From an archaeon (lineage in GTDB: Archaea > B1Sed10-29 > JAJSAI01): a DNA stretch of 47,496 nt. A program made the position numbers and the translations under genes. The DNA is taken from positions 1 through 47,496 of the forward strand of contig JAJSAI010000031.1 of assembly GCA_024274695.1 (NCBI GenBank), in the 5' to 3' direction. The notes below the pieces were generated by a model, which worked only from the letters and a program-made list of their open reading frames with translations, was not told the DNA's origin and did no database searches. The number at the start of each line of letters is the position of its first letter. Positions within the stretch are counted from its first letter, which is position 1. Shown piece after piece: positions 18,924 through 29,526 of this stretch.

Positions 18924-19693
18924 AAGCAATAATCCTGGCAGCTGGCAAGGGCACGCGACTTCGGCCATTGACCTATGCTGTTCCGAAACCTTTACTTCCT
19001 GTCGGTGGACTGCCGATAATAGATTATGTGATAGAGAACCTTCAGACCTCTCCTAGAATAGATGAGGTATATATTGCAGTGAATGGGTCAGAACATATAG
19101 GAAAGACAATAATTGAACATTTCGAGTCTTACAAAAAATACGAGCCTGAAGAATTCAAGAAGAAGTACCATGTGGAAATCAAGGTAATCGATGTCAAAGG
19201 ATGGGAGACCGGTGGGGATCTTAAAATAGCAGCATACGAGGCAGGCATAGATAACGATTTTGTAGTGTGCTTTGGAGACAATCTTACACGCATAAACCTG
19301 GGACGTATGATTTCCGTTCACGAACAAACAGGTAAAAAACTAACCGTAGCTCTTTTTCCCGTTCCTTTAGACGAGACCCACAGGATGGGTATAGCCAAAC
19401 TAAACGATTCTGGGGAGGTTACTTATTTTGTTGAAAAACCAAAGGAATATCCTGGTTCCAACCTCGCGAATGCAGGATATTACATAATGAGTCCAGAAGT
19501 ATTAGACCTAATTCCCTTTGGTAAGTGTAAATTTGAAGTATCAGTTATACCTGAGCTAGTCAGTCAAGGCGAGGTACACGGACACCTGTTTAATCCGCCT
19601 TACTGGTACGATATAGGTACACTGAAGAGTTATATTGAGGCGAATAGACTTATGCTTGAAGAAAGGGGGGGTATAATTTCTCCGCCAGAGTAG
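18920..19693 (+). CDS. Sugar-phosphate nucleotidyltransferase
   Basis: LAAGKGTRLRPLT..PKPLLP, GD, FVEKP, WYDIGT. Confidence 0.9.
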   Translation: MKAIILAAGKGTRLRPLTYAVPKPLLPVGGLPIIDYVIENLQTSPRIDEVYIAVNGSEHIGKTIIEHFESYKKYEPEEFKKKYHVEIKVIDVKGWETGGDLKIAAYEAGIDNDFVVCFGDNLTRINLGRMISVHEQTGKKLTVALFPVPLDETHRMGIAKLNDSGEVTYFVEKPKEYPGSNLANAGYYIMSPEVLDLIPFGKCKFEVSVIPELVSQGEVHGHLFNPPYWYDIGTLKSYIEANRLMLEERGGIISPPE

Positions 19694-19705
19694 GAGGGAG
19701 AGTAA

Positions 19706-20650
19706 ATGGAGAGGGTGCTTGTAGCAGGAGGAGCGGGGTTCATAGGTTCCCATCTATGTGGTGAACTTATCTCAAGAGGATACAAAGTAGTGTGTGTTGA
19801 TAATCTTATAACTGGAGATCTGCGAAATATTTCTCATCTAAAAAAGCATGAGAACTTTGAGTTCATAAAAGCTGACATTACCCATCCTTCCGAGGTATTA
19901 TCAGAAAGTAACGTAGACTACGTGTTCCACCTCGCGAGTCCCGCCAGTCCAGTAGATTATCAAGAGCATCCTTTCGAGACGGCCATGAGCAACTCTAGCG
20001 GGACCCTAAACCTGCTTGAACTAGCTTTGGAATCAGAGGCCCGATTCCTTTTTGCCTCAACCTCTGAGGTGTATGGTGATCCTCTTGTGCATCCTCAAAA
20101 AGAAGAGTACTGGGGCAACGTGAATCCAGTGGGCCCAAGAAGCTGCTACGATGAGAGCAAGCGATTCGGGGAGATGATTTCAATGCTCTACCACAGAAAG
20201 TATGGCGTGGACGTCAGAATAGCCCGTATATTTAACACTTACGGACCGCGCATGCGCAGGAATGACGGCAGGGTTATCCCAAATTTTATAACACAGGCTC
20301 TGGCGAACCAGCCAATAACAGTCTATGGGGATGGCACGCAGACAAGGAGCTTCTGTTATGTTTCGGACATGGTTGAGGGACTTATTAGGCTAATGTTTGC
20401 CGATAATGCTGCGGGGAAGATCGTGAATCTTGGAAACCCTGACGAGCGCAGAGTTGTTGATGTAGCAAGGCTAGTACGCGAAATTGTTGGAAGCAGATCA
20501 GAAATAGTATATTTTCCTCTTCCTAAAGATGATCCCAAGGTTCGCAAGCCAGACATATCAAAAGCAAAGACTCTACTCTCATGGGGTCCTAAAGTATGTT
20601 TTGAGGAGGGGCTGACTAATACTATTAATTTTTTCAAGCAAAACGAATAG
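19706..20650 (+). CDS. UDP-glucuronate decarboxylase (UDP-xylose synthase)
   Basis: HLASPASP, STSEVYGDP, YWGNVNPVGPRSCYDESKR, RIFNTYGPRM, DGRV. Confidence 0.9.
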   Translation: MERVLVAGGAGFIGSHLCGELISRGYKVVCVDNLITGDLRNISHLKKHENFEFIKADITHPSEVLSESNVDYVFHLASPASPVDYQEHPFETAMSNSSGTLNLLELALESEARFLFASTSEVYGDPLVHPQKEEYWGNVNPVGPRSCYDESKRFGEMISMLYHRKYGVDVRIARIFNTYGPRMRRNDGRVIPNFITQALANQPITVYGDGTQTRSFCYVSDMVEGLIRLMFADNAAGKIVNLGNPDERRVVDVARLVREIVGSRSEIVYFPLPKDDPKVRKPDISKAKTLLSWGPKVCFEEGLTNTINFFKQNE

Positions 20651-20651
20651 A

Positions 20652-21125
20652 TTATATTTTCCGTATATGTTTAGCTGGAACCCCCCCATAAAACGAGTCG
20701 GGTTCAACATCGGATATAACAGTAGAATTTGCTCCTATAACAGCGTTTTCTCCTATGGTCACTCCTGGAGAGATAATAACTCCTGATGCTATCCAGGCGT
20801 TCTTTTTAATAAGAACAGGCTTTTTTATGTGTTTTTTTGTTTTAAAATCTAGTGCACCAGTGTGAATTTGTGAGTAAGGTGATATATGGACGCCCTCTTC
20901 TATTATTATCCTGTCTCTTGCGTTGATGAACACGCCTTGGTTAAGTCTACAATTCTTGCCTATTTTAATATTTTTTGGGTCTCCTACCACAAAGATTTTT
21001 CCATAAAATTTTACGGAGGGATGTATCTCCGCGCCTTGAATTCTCAGGAGAGTTCCTTGCATCTGCCAAATTCTTAGTCTAATCTTTTTGATTACTGAAA
21101 ATATTATAGACGACAACACCACCAT
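20652..21125 (-). CDS. Hexapeptide-repeat acyltransferase
   Basis: AWIASGVIISPGVTIGENAVIGANS, GGVPAK. Confidence 0.88.
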   Translation of the reverse strand: MVVLSSIIFSVIKKIRLRIWQMQGTLLRIQGAEIHPSVKFYGKIFVVGDPKNIKIGKNCRLNQGVFINARDRIIIEEGVHISPYSQIHTGALDFKTKKHIKKPVLIKKNAWIASGVIISPGVTIGENAVIGANSTVISDVEPDSFYGGVPAKHIRKI

Positions 21126-21907
21126 AGTGCTTTATCTCCTTTCTTTTGTATGGGATTACTTTCCATTACTTTAAAACCTCTATTTTCTAAGAGTTGTTTT
21201 AATATTTTTACTTTAAAGTTTCCGAAATTATGTACTTCCATAACAATATGCTTAATCAAGGGCCAATTTTCATCGTGTAAAGAGGAGAGGACATCATATT
21301 CAGCCCCCTCACAATCAATCTTTAAGAAATCTATTTTGTTAATGTTGTTATCGGAAATGACATCATTTAACGTTATTGTTTTAACTTTTATTTTGTCTGC
21401 AAGAGACTTGTCTGGTCTTGTTATAATAGAGTGAGACACTGAGGAGGTATATCTATAAAAGACGATGCTTCCTTTTTTCTTCCATATTGCATAGTTTTTC
21501 GCTTTTACTAGTTTAGATAAATTCTTGTTCACTTTTAAATGATCAAGTAAGTGTTCGAAATTTGAAGGATCAGGTTCAAAGGAGAAAACTTTTGATCCTT
21601 TGCTTGCAGCTAATAAGGTGAATAAACCGATGTGCGCACCGATATCTATGACAATGTCCGTTTTTTTAGGAGTAGTGTATTTGAAGTAGTTCTTTTGAGT
21701 AAATATGTTGTCAAACTCTCCTATTTCTGTAGGATATTGAGCGAGTGAGAATAATAACGTGAGTTCAGGCTTTTTGACTGAAGTGAGATAATAACTTCTG
21801 TTATTTACAGAGACTAGGTACGTTTTCATGATATTGGCACTAGCCCTGAATTTGAAGAAATCAGTTCCAAACTCTCGTATTATTTTTAATGCTTTTTTTA
21901 CGTTCAT
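21104..21907 (-). CDS. FkbM family methyltransferase
   Basis: IDIGAHIG, FEP, LKIDCEGAE, MEVH. Confidence 0.9.
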   Translation of the reverse strand: MNVKKALKIIREFGTDFFKFRASANIMKTYLVSVNNRSYYLTSVKKPELTLLFSLAQYPTEIGEFDNIFTQKNYFKYTTPKKTDIVIDIGAHIGLFTLLAASKGSKVFSFEPDPSNFEHLLDHLKVNKNLSKLVKAKNYAIWKKKGSIVFYRYTSSVSHSIITRPDKSLADKIKVKTITLNDVISDNNINKIDFLKIDCEGAEYDVLSSLHDENWPLIKHIVMEVHNFGNFKVKILKQLLENRGFKVMESNPIQKKGDKALWWCCRL

Positions 21908-23034
21908 GTATCCTCCCTCATTTTGTTGATTATTTTAAGAAGTTGCCTTGCACGGGCATTATATGAAAACTTTTCTGCCTTTTTTAAGCACGTTCCTTTT
22001 CTCTCCTTCGACATGTTCCTGTATGCTTGAATAATTTTTTTTGCCAGATCTTCAGGGTCATCCGGATTAAAAAAGGTCACCTCCTTTTCTGTGACTATTT
22101 CTCTTATCGGAGGTAAATCGCTTGCTACTATAGCTTTTCCGGATGCTAGGTACTCAAATAATTTCAAAGGGCTGGAGTATTTTTGAGAGAACTCGCTCTT
22201 ACCGGAGCTGGGTAAGACCAGTACATCCATTCCTACCATCTTTTTTGGTACATGATTATGGCTTATGTTACCCATTAAGTGCACTCTCTCGGAAAGTTCT
22301 TTTGGGATGCGTATTCTTCCAATTGTTTTGCCGAACAGGAACAGGTGAAATTTTTTCGGGAGAAATCTCATGCTTTCTATTAGGGTGTTGACTCCTTTCC
22401 ATTTGTATTCTCCTGATGTGGCTATTTTTCCGAAGTACCCTACCCTCACAATACCGTCTTTCTTTTTCAAGGGTCTGACCTGCTGGTAATCTTCCAAATC
22501 CACCGCGTCTGGGATTACTCTGATCCTTTTAGGGTCTCCTCCAATTGAAATTAGTTCCTTTTTTGTCTCTCTAGTGATAGGCGCCAGGAGAACATTCTCT
22601 GATTTCAGGAGCCTGAGTAGTGCAGCCCTCCTGAGGCCTTTTTTTGGGATTTCATGCACCTCAAACAGAACACAAGAGTTCGGCAGTAGTACCGAGGCTA
22701 CCAGCGCGAGAGGTTCTGATGATCTACAGATTATTGCATCCGGTTTCTTTCTTAGCGCGAGGATCATGGAAGCGAAAATGAACAAGATTCTGTTGATAGC
22801 AAAGAATATCGCCCTGTTTTTTTCCTTGAGTGGGATGTACACCGCGTATACATTGTTTATATATTCCTTATCCAAAAATTGCGAAAGCCGTTTTTTGTAT
22901 TCCTTTGAATGTGTTTTGAGCACTACAGTAATGTTCCTTTCTGTTTTGAACAGGTATTTTATTGTTTTAAGCGCTTGAATTATATTTGCAGAATTGCTTT
23001 CTATGTTTAGTGGAGCGATATAAAAAGTTTTCAT
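21904..23034 (-). CDS. GT4 glycosyltransferase
   Basis: KGV, SPLKLFEYLASGKAIVASD. Confidence 0.88.
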   Translation of the reverse strand: MKTFYIAPLNIESNSANIIQALKTIKYLFKTERNITVVLKTHSKEYKKRLSQFLDKEYINNVYAVYIPLKEKNRAIFFAINRILFIFASMILALRKKPDAIICRSSEPLALVASVLLPNSCVLFEVHEIPKKGLRRAALLRLLKSENVLLAPITRETKKELISIGGDPKRIRVIPDAVDLEDYQQVRPLKKKDGIVRVGYFGKIATSGEYKWKGVNTLIESMRFLPKKFHLFLFGKTIGRIRIPKELSERVHLMGNISHNHVPKKMVGMDVLVLPSSGKSEFSQKYSSPLKLFEYLASGKAIVASDLPPIREIVTEKEVTFFNPDDPEDLAKKIIQAYRNMSKERKGTCLKKAEKFSYNARARQLLKIINKMREDT

Positions 23035-23039
23035 AATTT

Positions 23040-25154
23040 TTATTCCTCCAACATAATTTTTGATATCTTTTTTATTAACGAAAAAACACTGTGCTGAATT
23101 ATAATGGTACTTCTTAGTTTTTTTCCAATTCTTTCTGCTTCTTCTTTATTTTTTAAAAAGAATTCTATCTTGTTCCATACTTCTCGAGGATTGTCAATGT
23201 AACATTTCTCTATTAATTCCTTTTCTTTAAGGATTTTTTTATAAGTGACTAACGTTGACAATACTGGCCGCTCACAAGCCATAGCTTCTAAAATAGTCTT
23301 GTCTAAACTATGTGTTTTTTTTGAAAAATTAATGACTAATATTGAGTTGTTATACTCATCACACATACAATTATAACTTATTGGTCCTTTAAAAACAACT
23401 GAAAGATTTTTTCTTGAAGAAATTTGATTTAATCTTTCATAATATTTTTGGTTGAGTATAGGTCCTGCAAAAGTTACCGTTACTGGAGCGTTTTTAGGTA
23501 AATATTCTAAGAATTCTTTTTGTCTTTTTAAGGGGGAGTATCTTCCAGGGAAAAATATTCTTTCTTTTTTTAAGGAAGTGATTGATTTTTTCTTTTTAAA
23601 TTTTTGTGTGTTAATCCCGTGGCCCACGACAATAATTTTAGAGGATTTTAAATGAATGCTTTCTGAGGTCGGAGTAAATATATTTTGAACTACCTTTTCT
23701 GCCAACCTTAGGGGGAGGGGTGTGGCCCCGTGAGCGTACCATAGGAATAAGGGAGATTTGTGCAGTTTTGCAGGGACTGCTGCGACTAGTGCGTATTCTG
23801 GGCACATGTGCGCGAAGAAGATTGTCTTATTGTTTTTTTGACATATTTTCAGAGCAGTGTTCAGGAGATGCAAGGCTTTGGATACTCTTCCCTTACCCCT
23901 TATTTCATGTACTATGACGTTCTCGGGGAGATCAACTTTTCCGAGATTTAGTGTTATCACATGGACTTTTTCGAAATACTTTGAAAATTCTTTTATCCAA
24001 TCGATGAAGAATGCAAGTACTGGATCGTTCTTATCAACTGCCTGTGTTATTATTACCAGTTGATGTGTATTCTTTTTTGATTGGGCATGATAGAATTCCA
24101 TAAGTTCTTCTAGGGGACTCTTGTTGTGTTCGAGCAGGTCTTTTCGAGCCTTCAGCATTTTTTGATGATATTTCATTATGCTATTAGGCCTTGTGGCCAT
24201 ATTTTCTATTACTTTTGCCAGTTCCTTTTCGTTGTTGACCAGTTCTCCTATTCCATAGGATTCTACAAGTTTTTGAGCAAGTCCTGTTGGTGTAGAGATT
24301 ACTGGTAAGCAGCTTAGCACTGCTTCTGCCACAGACAACCCGTAGCTCTCGTGCAGTGATGTTTGAACGTAGAGGTCTGAAGAGTTATATTCCTTGCAAA
24401 GTTTGTCGTGAGGGACGTATCCTTTAAACTCAACGATTTCTTTTATTCCTTTATTCTCAGCCATCCTTTCTAATTTGTGTCTAAGGGTGCCGTCACCAAT
24501 GATTTTCACTTTAATCTTTGAGCGTGCTTCGTCAGAAAGAAGGGAGACTGCGTTGAGCAGCATTTCTATATTCTTTTCTTTTTCAAGTCTCGCCACAGTT
24601 ATTAGATTCAGATGCCTCCGGTTTTCCTTTTTCGCGCACCTGAATTTCCCTGTGACGAACACAGGGATTACTTTTATCTTATCCTTGGGCAGCCCATATT
24701 TTAGTAACTCGGATTTTATTTTTTCGCTGACTACTCTGACAGCATCAGCTCTTCTTAAAGTAATGATGCCAATCGCATGAAGTATTCTATTTACGAACGG
24801 TCTCTGGTTTATCCATTTCCTATTGTTTATGAACTCCCCATGAACTTGCACGATCAGCGGGACCTTGTATGTTTTTGAGAGGATGACGCCTATGATTCCT
24901 GATAGGAAAGGATCTGCGACAGTGAGAACCACTCTCCTCTCTTTTTTCAAGATGGTGCTGCCCTTCAGGATTCCGGAAATGACAAACTTGAACGAATTTG
25001 AGCCCAGCCCGCACACTTCGATGTTTTTTACTTTCTTGTTTTTGTCAGCATTATTCAAAATGTATATCTTCCTGAAGTACTTCCTGTATTCTAGGGTTCT
25101 GTCTCTTGCAGGATTACCCTTGTCCATTATCCGAGGATCCCTTCCGATCATCAC
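23040..25154 (-). CDS. Fusion of two GT4 (GT-B) glycosyltransferases
   Basis: First unit ESYGLSVAEA; second unit begins LVIITQAVDKNDPVLAFF and contains SLDKTILEAMAC. Confidence 0.85.
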   Translation of the reverse strand: MMIGRDPRIMDKGNPARDRTLEYRKYFRKIYILNNADKNKKVKNIEVCGLGSNSFKFVISGILKGSTILKKERRVVLTVADPFLSGIIGVILSKTYKVPLIVQVHGEFINNRKWINQRPFVNRILHAIGIITLRRADAVRVVSEKIKSELLKYGLPKDKIKVIPVFVTGKFRCAKKENRRHLNLITVARLEKEKNIEMLLNAVSLLSDEARSKIKVKIIGDGTLRHKLERMAENKGIKEIVEFKGYVPHDKLCKEYNSSDLYVQTSLHESYGLSVAEAVLSCLPVISTPTGLAQKLVESYGIGELVNNEKELAKVIENMATRPNSIMKYHQKMLKARKDLLEHNKSPLEELMEFYHAQSKKNTHQLVIITQAVDKNDPVLAFFIDWIKEFSKYFEKVHVITLNLGKVDLPENVIVHEIRGKGRVSKALHLLNTALKICQKNNKTIFFAHMCPEYALVAAVPAKLHKSPLFLWYAHGATPLPLRLAEKVVQNIFTPTSESIHLKSSKIIVVGHGINTQKFKKKKSITSLKKERIFFPGRYSPLKRQKEFLEYLPKNAPVTVTFAGPILNQKYYERLNQISSRKNLSVVFKGPISYNCMCDEYNNSILVINFSKKTHSLDKTILEAMACERPVLSTLVTYKKILKEKELIEKCYIDNPREVWNKIEFFLKNKEEAERIGKKLRSTIIIQHSVFSLIKKISKIMLEE

Positions 25155-26239
25155 GAGAGTAACTTCTCTAGGTCTTCTAGATGTTTTTTCCAGGAAAACA
25201 CCTCCTTTGCTTTCTCTGATATTTTTTTGTAGTCTTCTTTCTTTCTTGTCACGAGTTTAATTTTTTCCAACAGCTCTTGCTCATTCCTGCAGAGGTACAC
25301 CCCAATCCCCTTCATTCTGTCATATATTTCTTTGTGAGGGGGTATGTTTGAAAGTATTACAGGGGTTCCAAGATAGAGAGATTCTAAAACTACTTTAGGC
25401 AGGCCCTCATGTTGTGAGTACAATACTAATGCTTTCGAGCGTGCTATTAATTCCAGTACCTCAGACTGGTTTTTTCTCCCGAGGAAGACTATCCTCTTAT
25501 CTTTTCCAGAAAGTGCTTTCAGGTTTTCTTCTTCAGGTCCTGATCCTACAATCAAGTAATTAATGTCAGGAATACCCTTTTTGACTGCGATTATTCTGTC
25601 AACCCTCTTTAAAGGAATAAGTCTGCAAACAGTTATTATTTGTTTTCGCCTAGATCTATTTTTTATTGGGGGGATTATTGAAAAATTGTAGATGACTTTT
25701 ACTTTATTGTTTGGAATGTGGTACATTTTTGTTAAATACTCTTTCATAAATTTGCTGCATGTGTATACTCGGTCATATCCTCTTACTACAATTGACTGTA
25801 ACAGAAGTATGTGCTTGTTTGTTTTACGGTGTAAGAATTCTGTGAGATTATATTCTATCTTTTTTTCTCTTCTTGCTTTTTCCCATGCTATGTCTCCCAC
25901 GAAACGCAGTACTATCTTTACTCCGAAAATCTTTGCTGGAACTATTGCAGGCAGGCTAGATGATAATGGGTCTAGGGAGAGTATTACATTTGGTTTGAAT
26001 GATTTTATCTGTCTTATGATCTCTACAAATAGCTTTGCTATTCTTAGTATAAAGTTCTTTTCATGGATTATAATCACGTTATTATCAGCTTTCTTTCCAT
26101 TCAACGCGATTATCCTAACGTGATGCCCTCTCTTTTCTAGTAATGGAACTATTTCTTTTGTGTATGTTGCAGGCCCGCCTATTTCAGGGGGGTATATGGG
26201 GGTTATGAGCAGAACTTTGAGGTTGTCCTTCTTAGTCAT
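25151..26239 (-). CDS. GT4 glycosyltransferase
   Basis: YPPEIGGPATY, EGLPKVVLES. Confidence 0.88.
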   Translation of the reverse strand: MTKKDNLKVLLITPIYPPEIGGPATYTKEIVPLLEKRGHHVRIIALNGKKADNNVIIIHEKNFILRIAKLFVEIIRQIKSFKPNVILSLDPLSSSLPAIVPAKIFGVKIVLRFVGDIAWEKARREKKIEYNLTEFLHRKTNKHILLLQSIVVRGYDRVYTCSKFMKEYLTKMYHIPNNKVKVIYNFSIIPPIKNRSRRKQIITVCRLIPLKRVDRIIAVKKGIPDINYLIVGSGPEEENLKALSGKDKRIVFLGRKNQSEVLELIARSKALVLYSQHEGLPKVVLESLYLGTPVILSNIPPHKEIYDRMKGIGVYLCRNEQELLEKIKLVTRKKEDYKKISEKAKEVFSWKKHLEDLEKLLS

Positions 26240-27164
26240 TGTGGAGTACCTCGTCTATTAGAAGCCTTAATCCAGTTCGTATGTCATATCTTGGTGAATA
26301 TTCTAAAATTCTTTTTGCTAGAGTTATGTCTGCTTTATTTTGCATTATATCTCCAGGTAATGGTGGAGCGTGCTTTATCACAGGATCTTTGCGAGTGTAC
26401 TCTGCAATGTATTTTATTATGTTATTAATACTGGTTTCCTCTTCAGTGGCAATGTTTATAATTTTTCCTACTGCTCTCTCTTTTTTAGAAGCTAACATGG
26501 TTGCTTCCACCGCATCTTTTACATATGTGAACGCTCTCCTCTGTTCTCCGGTTCCATATACTGTAACTGGCAAGTCGTTTAGAATATTATGCACGAACTT
26601 GGGAATTACTGCAGAGTGGCGAAGGTCCCATCTTTGTCTAGGCCCATACACGCTGAAGTATCTTAAGATAACCGTTTTCAATCCATATAACTCGTGGTAG
26701 ATCCTTGTGTACTGCTCTCCAGTGAGTTTTCCTACTCCATAGGGGTGAGCGGGTAAGAGAGGGGCAAGGTCTTCCCTTCTTGGGAAAGAGGGATTTTTTC
26801 CATACACCGAAGATGAGGAAATGTATATTACTTTATTAACGCCGCTATTTCTGGAAGCTTCGAGTACATTGAGTGTGCCGGTTACGTTTACAGCGTTTGA
26901 TCTTAATGGATCTTCTATGGTTGTCATTGCTCTGTTCATCGCTGCTAAGTGAAATACTACATCCACTCCTTCAAACGCGTCTTTTATTTCGCTGTAGACT
27001 GAAATATCTTTTTTTAATAGTTCGACTCCCAATTTTTTAAGAATGTTTTCATTTTTTCCACTACTAAGGTCGTCTATAACTTTGACGTTGTGTGATTCAT
27101 TGACAAGTGCTTCTACAAGATGGCTTCCTATGAATCCTGCTCCTCCAGTCACTAACACATTCAT
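26232..27164 (-). CDS. NDP-sugar epimerase (SDR)
   Basis: TGGAGFIG, SSSSVYG, YGVGK, RYFSVYGPRQ. Confidence 0.88.
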   Translation of the reverse strand: MNVLVTGGAGFIGSHLVEALVNESHNVKVIDDLSSGKNENILKKLGVELLKKDISVYSEIKDAFEGVDVVFHLAAMNRAMTTIEDPLRSNAVNVTGTLNVLEASRNSGVNKVIYISSSSVYGKNPSFPRREDLAPLLPAHPYGVGKLTGEQYTRIYHELYGLKTVILRYFSVYGPRQRWDLRHSAVIPKFVHNILNDLPVTVYGTGEQRRAFTYVKDAVEATMLASKKERAVGKIINIATEEETSINNIIKYIAEYTRKDPVIKHAPPLPGDIMQNKADITLAKRILEYSPRYDIRTGLRLLIDEVLHND

Positions 27165-28303
27165 ATTATCTCCTCATATACTTTTTCTACCCTTTTTAGG
27201 ACTTTGTCCCAATCATATTTTTCTTTGACTGTTTTAATACCATTTCTAGCCAGTTTTTTGGACAGGTTGCGATCGTTTAGCACTCTAATAATGCTTTTAC
27301 TAATTTCAGAGACCTTTGGGTCTATAAGTAGGCCATTATCCTCATCAATTATGATGTCTGTTATCCCTCCAACAGCAGTGCCTATGGTTGGGACGCCGCA
27401 AGCCATTGCTTCTATGAAAAAAATCCCGAACCCTTCATCTAGAGAAGGTCTTATTGCCACGTCCGCCATTCTAAGATACTTTGGTGTTTCAGAATGGGGT
27501 ACTCCTCCGGTGAAAATTATTTTGTCTGATATTCTTAGTTTTTGAGCAAGTTTCTTGAGCTCGTTTTCTTGTTCTCCGGATCCTACTAATACTAGAACCA
27601 CATCTTTCTTTTCTTTAATAATTTCAGGCATGGCTCTTATTAGCAGATCTAATCCATTCTTAGGAGTAAGTCTTGAGAGGCTTACTATTACTCTTTCATT
27701 TGTTATGCCTAGTTTCTCTTTAATTTCTCTTGCGTCTACGTGAGGATTAAATAGAGTAACATCTACACCATTAGGGATTACTATGGTGTGTTTAGCTCCT
27801 AGTTCTTTCGCTTTTCGTTCGCAGTCTTTACTGACAGCATGAACAAGATCCGCTCTTTTTAGACCATAGGAGATTATTGGTTTTAGAATACCACCAAATT
27901 TTCCAGTATTTTCTGAATAGTCGCCCAAATCTCCTCCTTGTACTGTTGTGAGAAGAGGTGCTTTTATTTTCTTTTTTATTACAGCTCCGCTGACTCCTGC
28001 TGGGAAGGCGAGATGAGCGTGTATCAGGTCTGCTTTGTTGGGGTGATTGAATACTGCTGATAATGCATAAGATACTAAACGCAGATTTTTTTTGTTTATG
28101 ACTGGGATTCTCTTTATTCTTACTTCGTGTGTTACTTCGTCAACCGCATCTTCTTTGCTCCATTTACCGGTTACTACTGTAACTCTATTTCTTTGAGCAA
28201 AATATTCTGCCAGTCGTTGGGCGAAGACTTCTGCTCCGCTTACATGGGGGTGGTAGAATCCTGAAAGTATTAGAATCTCTTTATCTGAGATCATGTCTTT
28301 CAC
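27161..28303 (-). CDS. GT4 glycosyltransferase
   Basis: IPNGVD, EGFGIFFIEAMACG. Confidence 0.9.
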   Translation of the reverse strand: MKDMISDKEILILSGFYHPHVSGAEVFAQRLAEYFAQRNRVTVVTGKWSKEDAVDEVTHEVRIKRIPVINKKNLRLVSYALSAVFNHPNKADLIHAHLAFPAGVSGAVIKKKIKAPLLTTVQGGDLGDYSENTGKFGGILKPIISYGLKRADLVHAVSKDCERKAKELGAKHTIVIPNGVDVTLFNPHVDAREIKEKLGITNERVIVSLSRLTPKNGLDLLIRAMPEIIKEKKDVVLVLVGSGEQENELKKLAQKLRISDKIIFTGGVPHSETPKYLRMADVAIRPSLDEGFGIFFIEAMACGVPTIGTAVGGITDIIIDEDNGLLIDPKVSEISKSIIRVLNDRNLSKKLARNGIKTVKEKYDWDKVLKRVEKVYEEII

Positions 28304-28305
28304 TT

Positions 28306-29526
28306 TTAATCTGTTATTGTTATTAATAATTGAAATATCATATTTAATACTTTAGAAGTTAGTGATGCAAGAATGGCCCCTACAATTCCGAATGCAGGTA
28401 CAAGAGTTATCAGGAGGATGACGTACGCACTTGTTTGAAGTAGTATGCCCTCACTCATTTTTTTCCGTAGTTTTCTGCTTCGGATGTATGTGCTAAATGA
28501 AAATGTGTTTACTGTAATTAATATTGGCGAATATATTAGAGTATATTTAACAGATTCTGAGTACGCTGGAAAGAGGAATTTAAAAAATAAAATTGCAAAA
28601 ATACCATAAAGCATTACCAAAAAGATGCCTATTATGGTTAATACTCCAAATAATTTTAATGTTTTTTTCTTAATTTGATTTTTGTCTAGTTTGATAAATG
28701 TGGGAACGAACACTGTTATTACGTTTTTAAACAAATTTCGTACAGCATCTGGAATCATTTGGCTGACTTTATACACTGCTAGGTCTGAAGGCCCCAAAAC
28801 GCTCATTACTACGATAGAATCGATGGATCCTGAAATTCCTCCTAAGGCTCTTTGTACGCTCCATTTAATAGTTTCTTTTTTCAAATTTTTTGGGATTGTT
28901 CCGGAACTGTGGATTTTTTTACGGATAAAGATTCCTTCTATTACTATTTTTGATAACAGAAAGGCTATAATAGAAAAAAAGACATTTTGTGTAATAATCA
29001 CAACCAATATTGTGGCAATAAATTGAAAAACGTTCCGATATACAATTATTTTTGAAAGATTGTTAAATTGATTGTAAATGTAATATAATACATATACTAA
29101 AGTAGTTGTATTACTTATAAGAAAAAGAGCTGAGATGGCAAGCATGTTTAATATTTGAAAAAAAGATAAGTGCATGTTAAAAATAAACAAAAAACCAATA
29201 AAGATAATTCCTATGCCTAATAAGTTATATTTTATTTTTTGTAATAATATCTCCCATGGAACCTGTTTGTTCTGATTTTTGGCGTAAGAAAAAAATAACG
29301 CATCCTTAAATCCTGGTGCAGATACGAGTTCTGCTATACCTATTAATGCGAGAATGTATTTGTATATTCCGTAGTCTGTTGGTGTAAACAACCGTGTTAA
29401 TGCATACGAAAGTAAAAAAGTGAATACAAGAGTTGTAATGTTAGAACTTGTTAAATATCCGAAATTTTTCATGTGTTGTGTTATTCGCATCTTATTGAAT
29501 AAACGATTAGCGACCGATTCCAACAT
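28306..29526 (-). CDS. Oligosaccharide flippase (Wzx/MOP family)
   Basis: Many TM helices; TRLFTPTDYGIY, LVPAFGIVGAILA. Confidence 0.82.
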   Translation of the reverse strand: MLESVANRLFNKMRITQHMKNFGYLTSSNITTLVFTFLLSYALTRLFTPTDYGIYKYILALIGIAELVSAPGFKDALFFSYAKNQNKQVPWEILLQKIKYNLLGIGIIFIGFLFIFNMHLSFFQILNMLAISALFLISNTTTLVYVLYYIYNQFNNLSKIIVYRNVFQFIATILVVIITQNVFFSIIAFLLSKIVIEGIFIRKKIHSSGTIPKNLKKETIKWSVQRALGGISGSIDSIVVMSVLGPSDLAVYKVSQMIPDAVRNLFKNVITVFVPTFIKLDKNQIKKKTLKLFGVLTIIGIFLVMLYGIFAILFFKFLFPAYSESVKYTLIYSPILITVNTFSFSTYIRSRKLRKKMSEGILLQTSAYVILLITLVPAFGIVGAILASLTSKVLNMIFQLLITITD

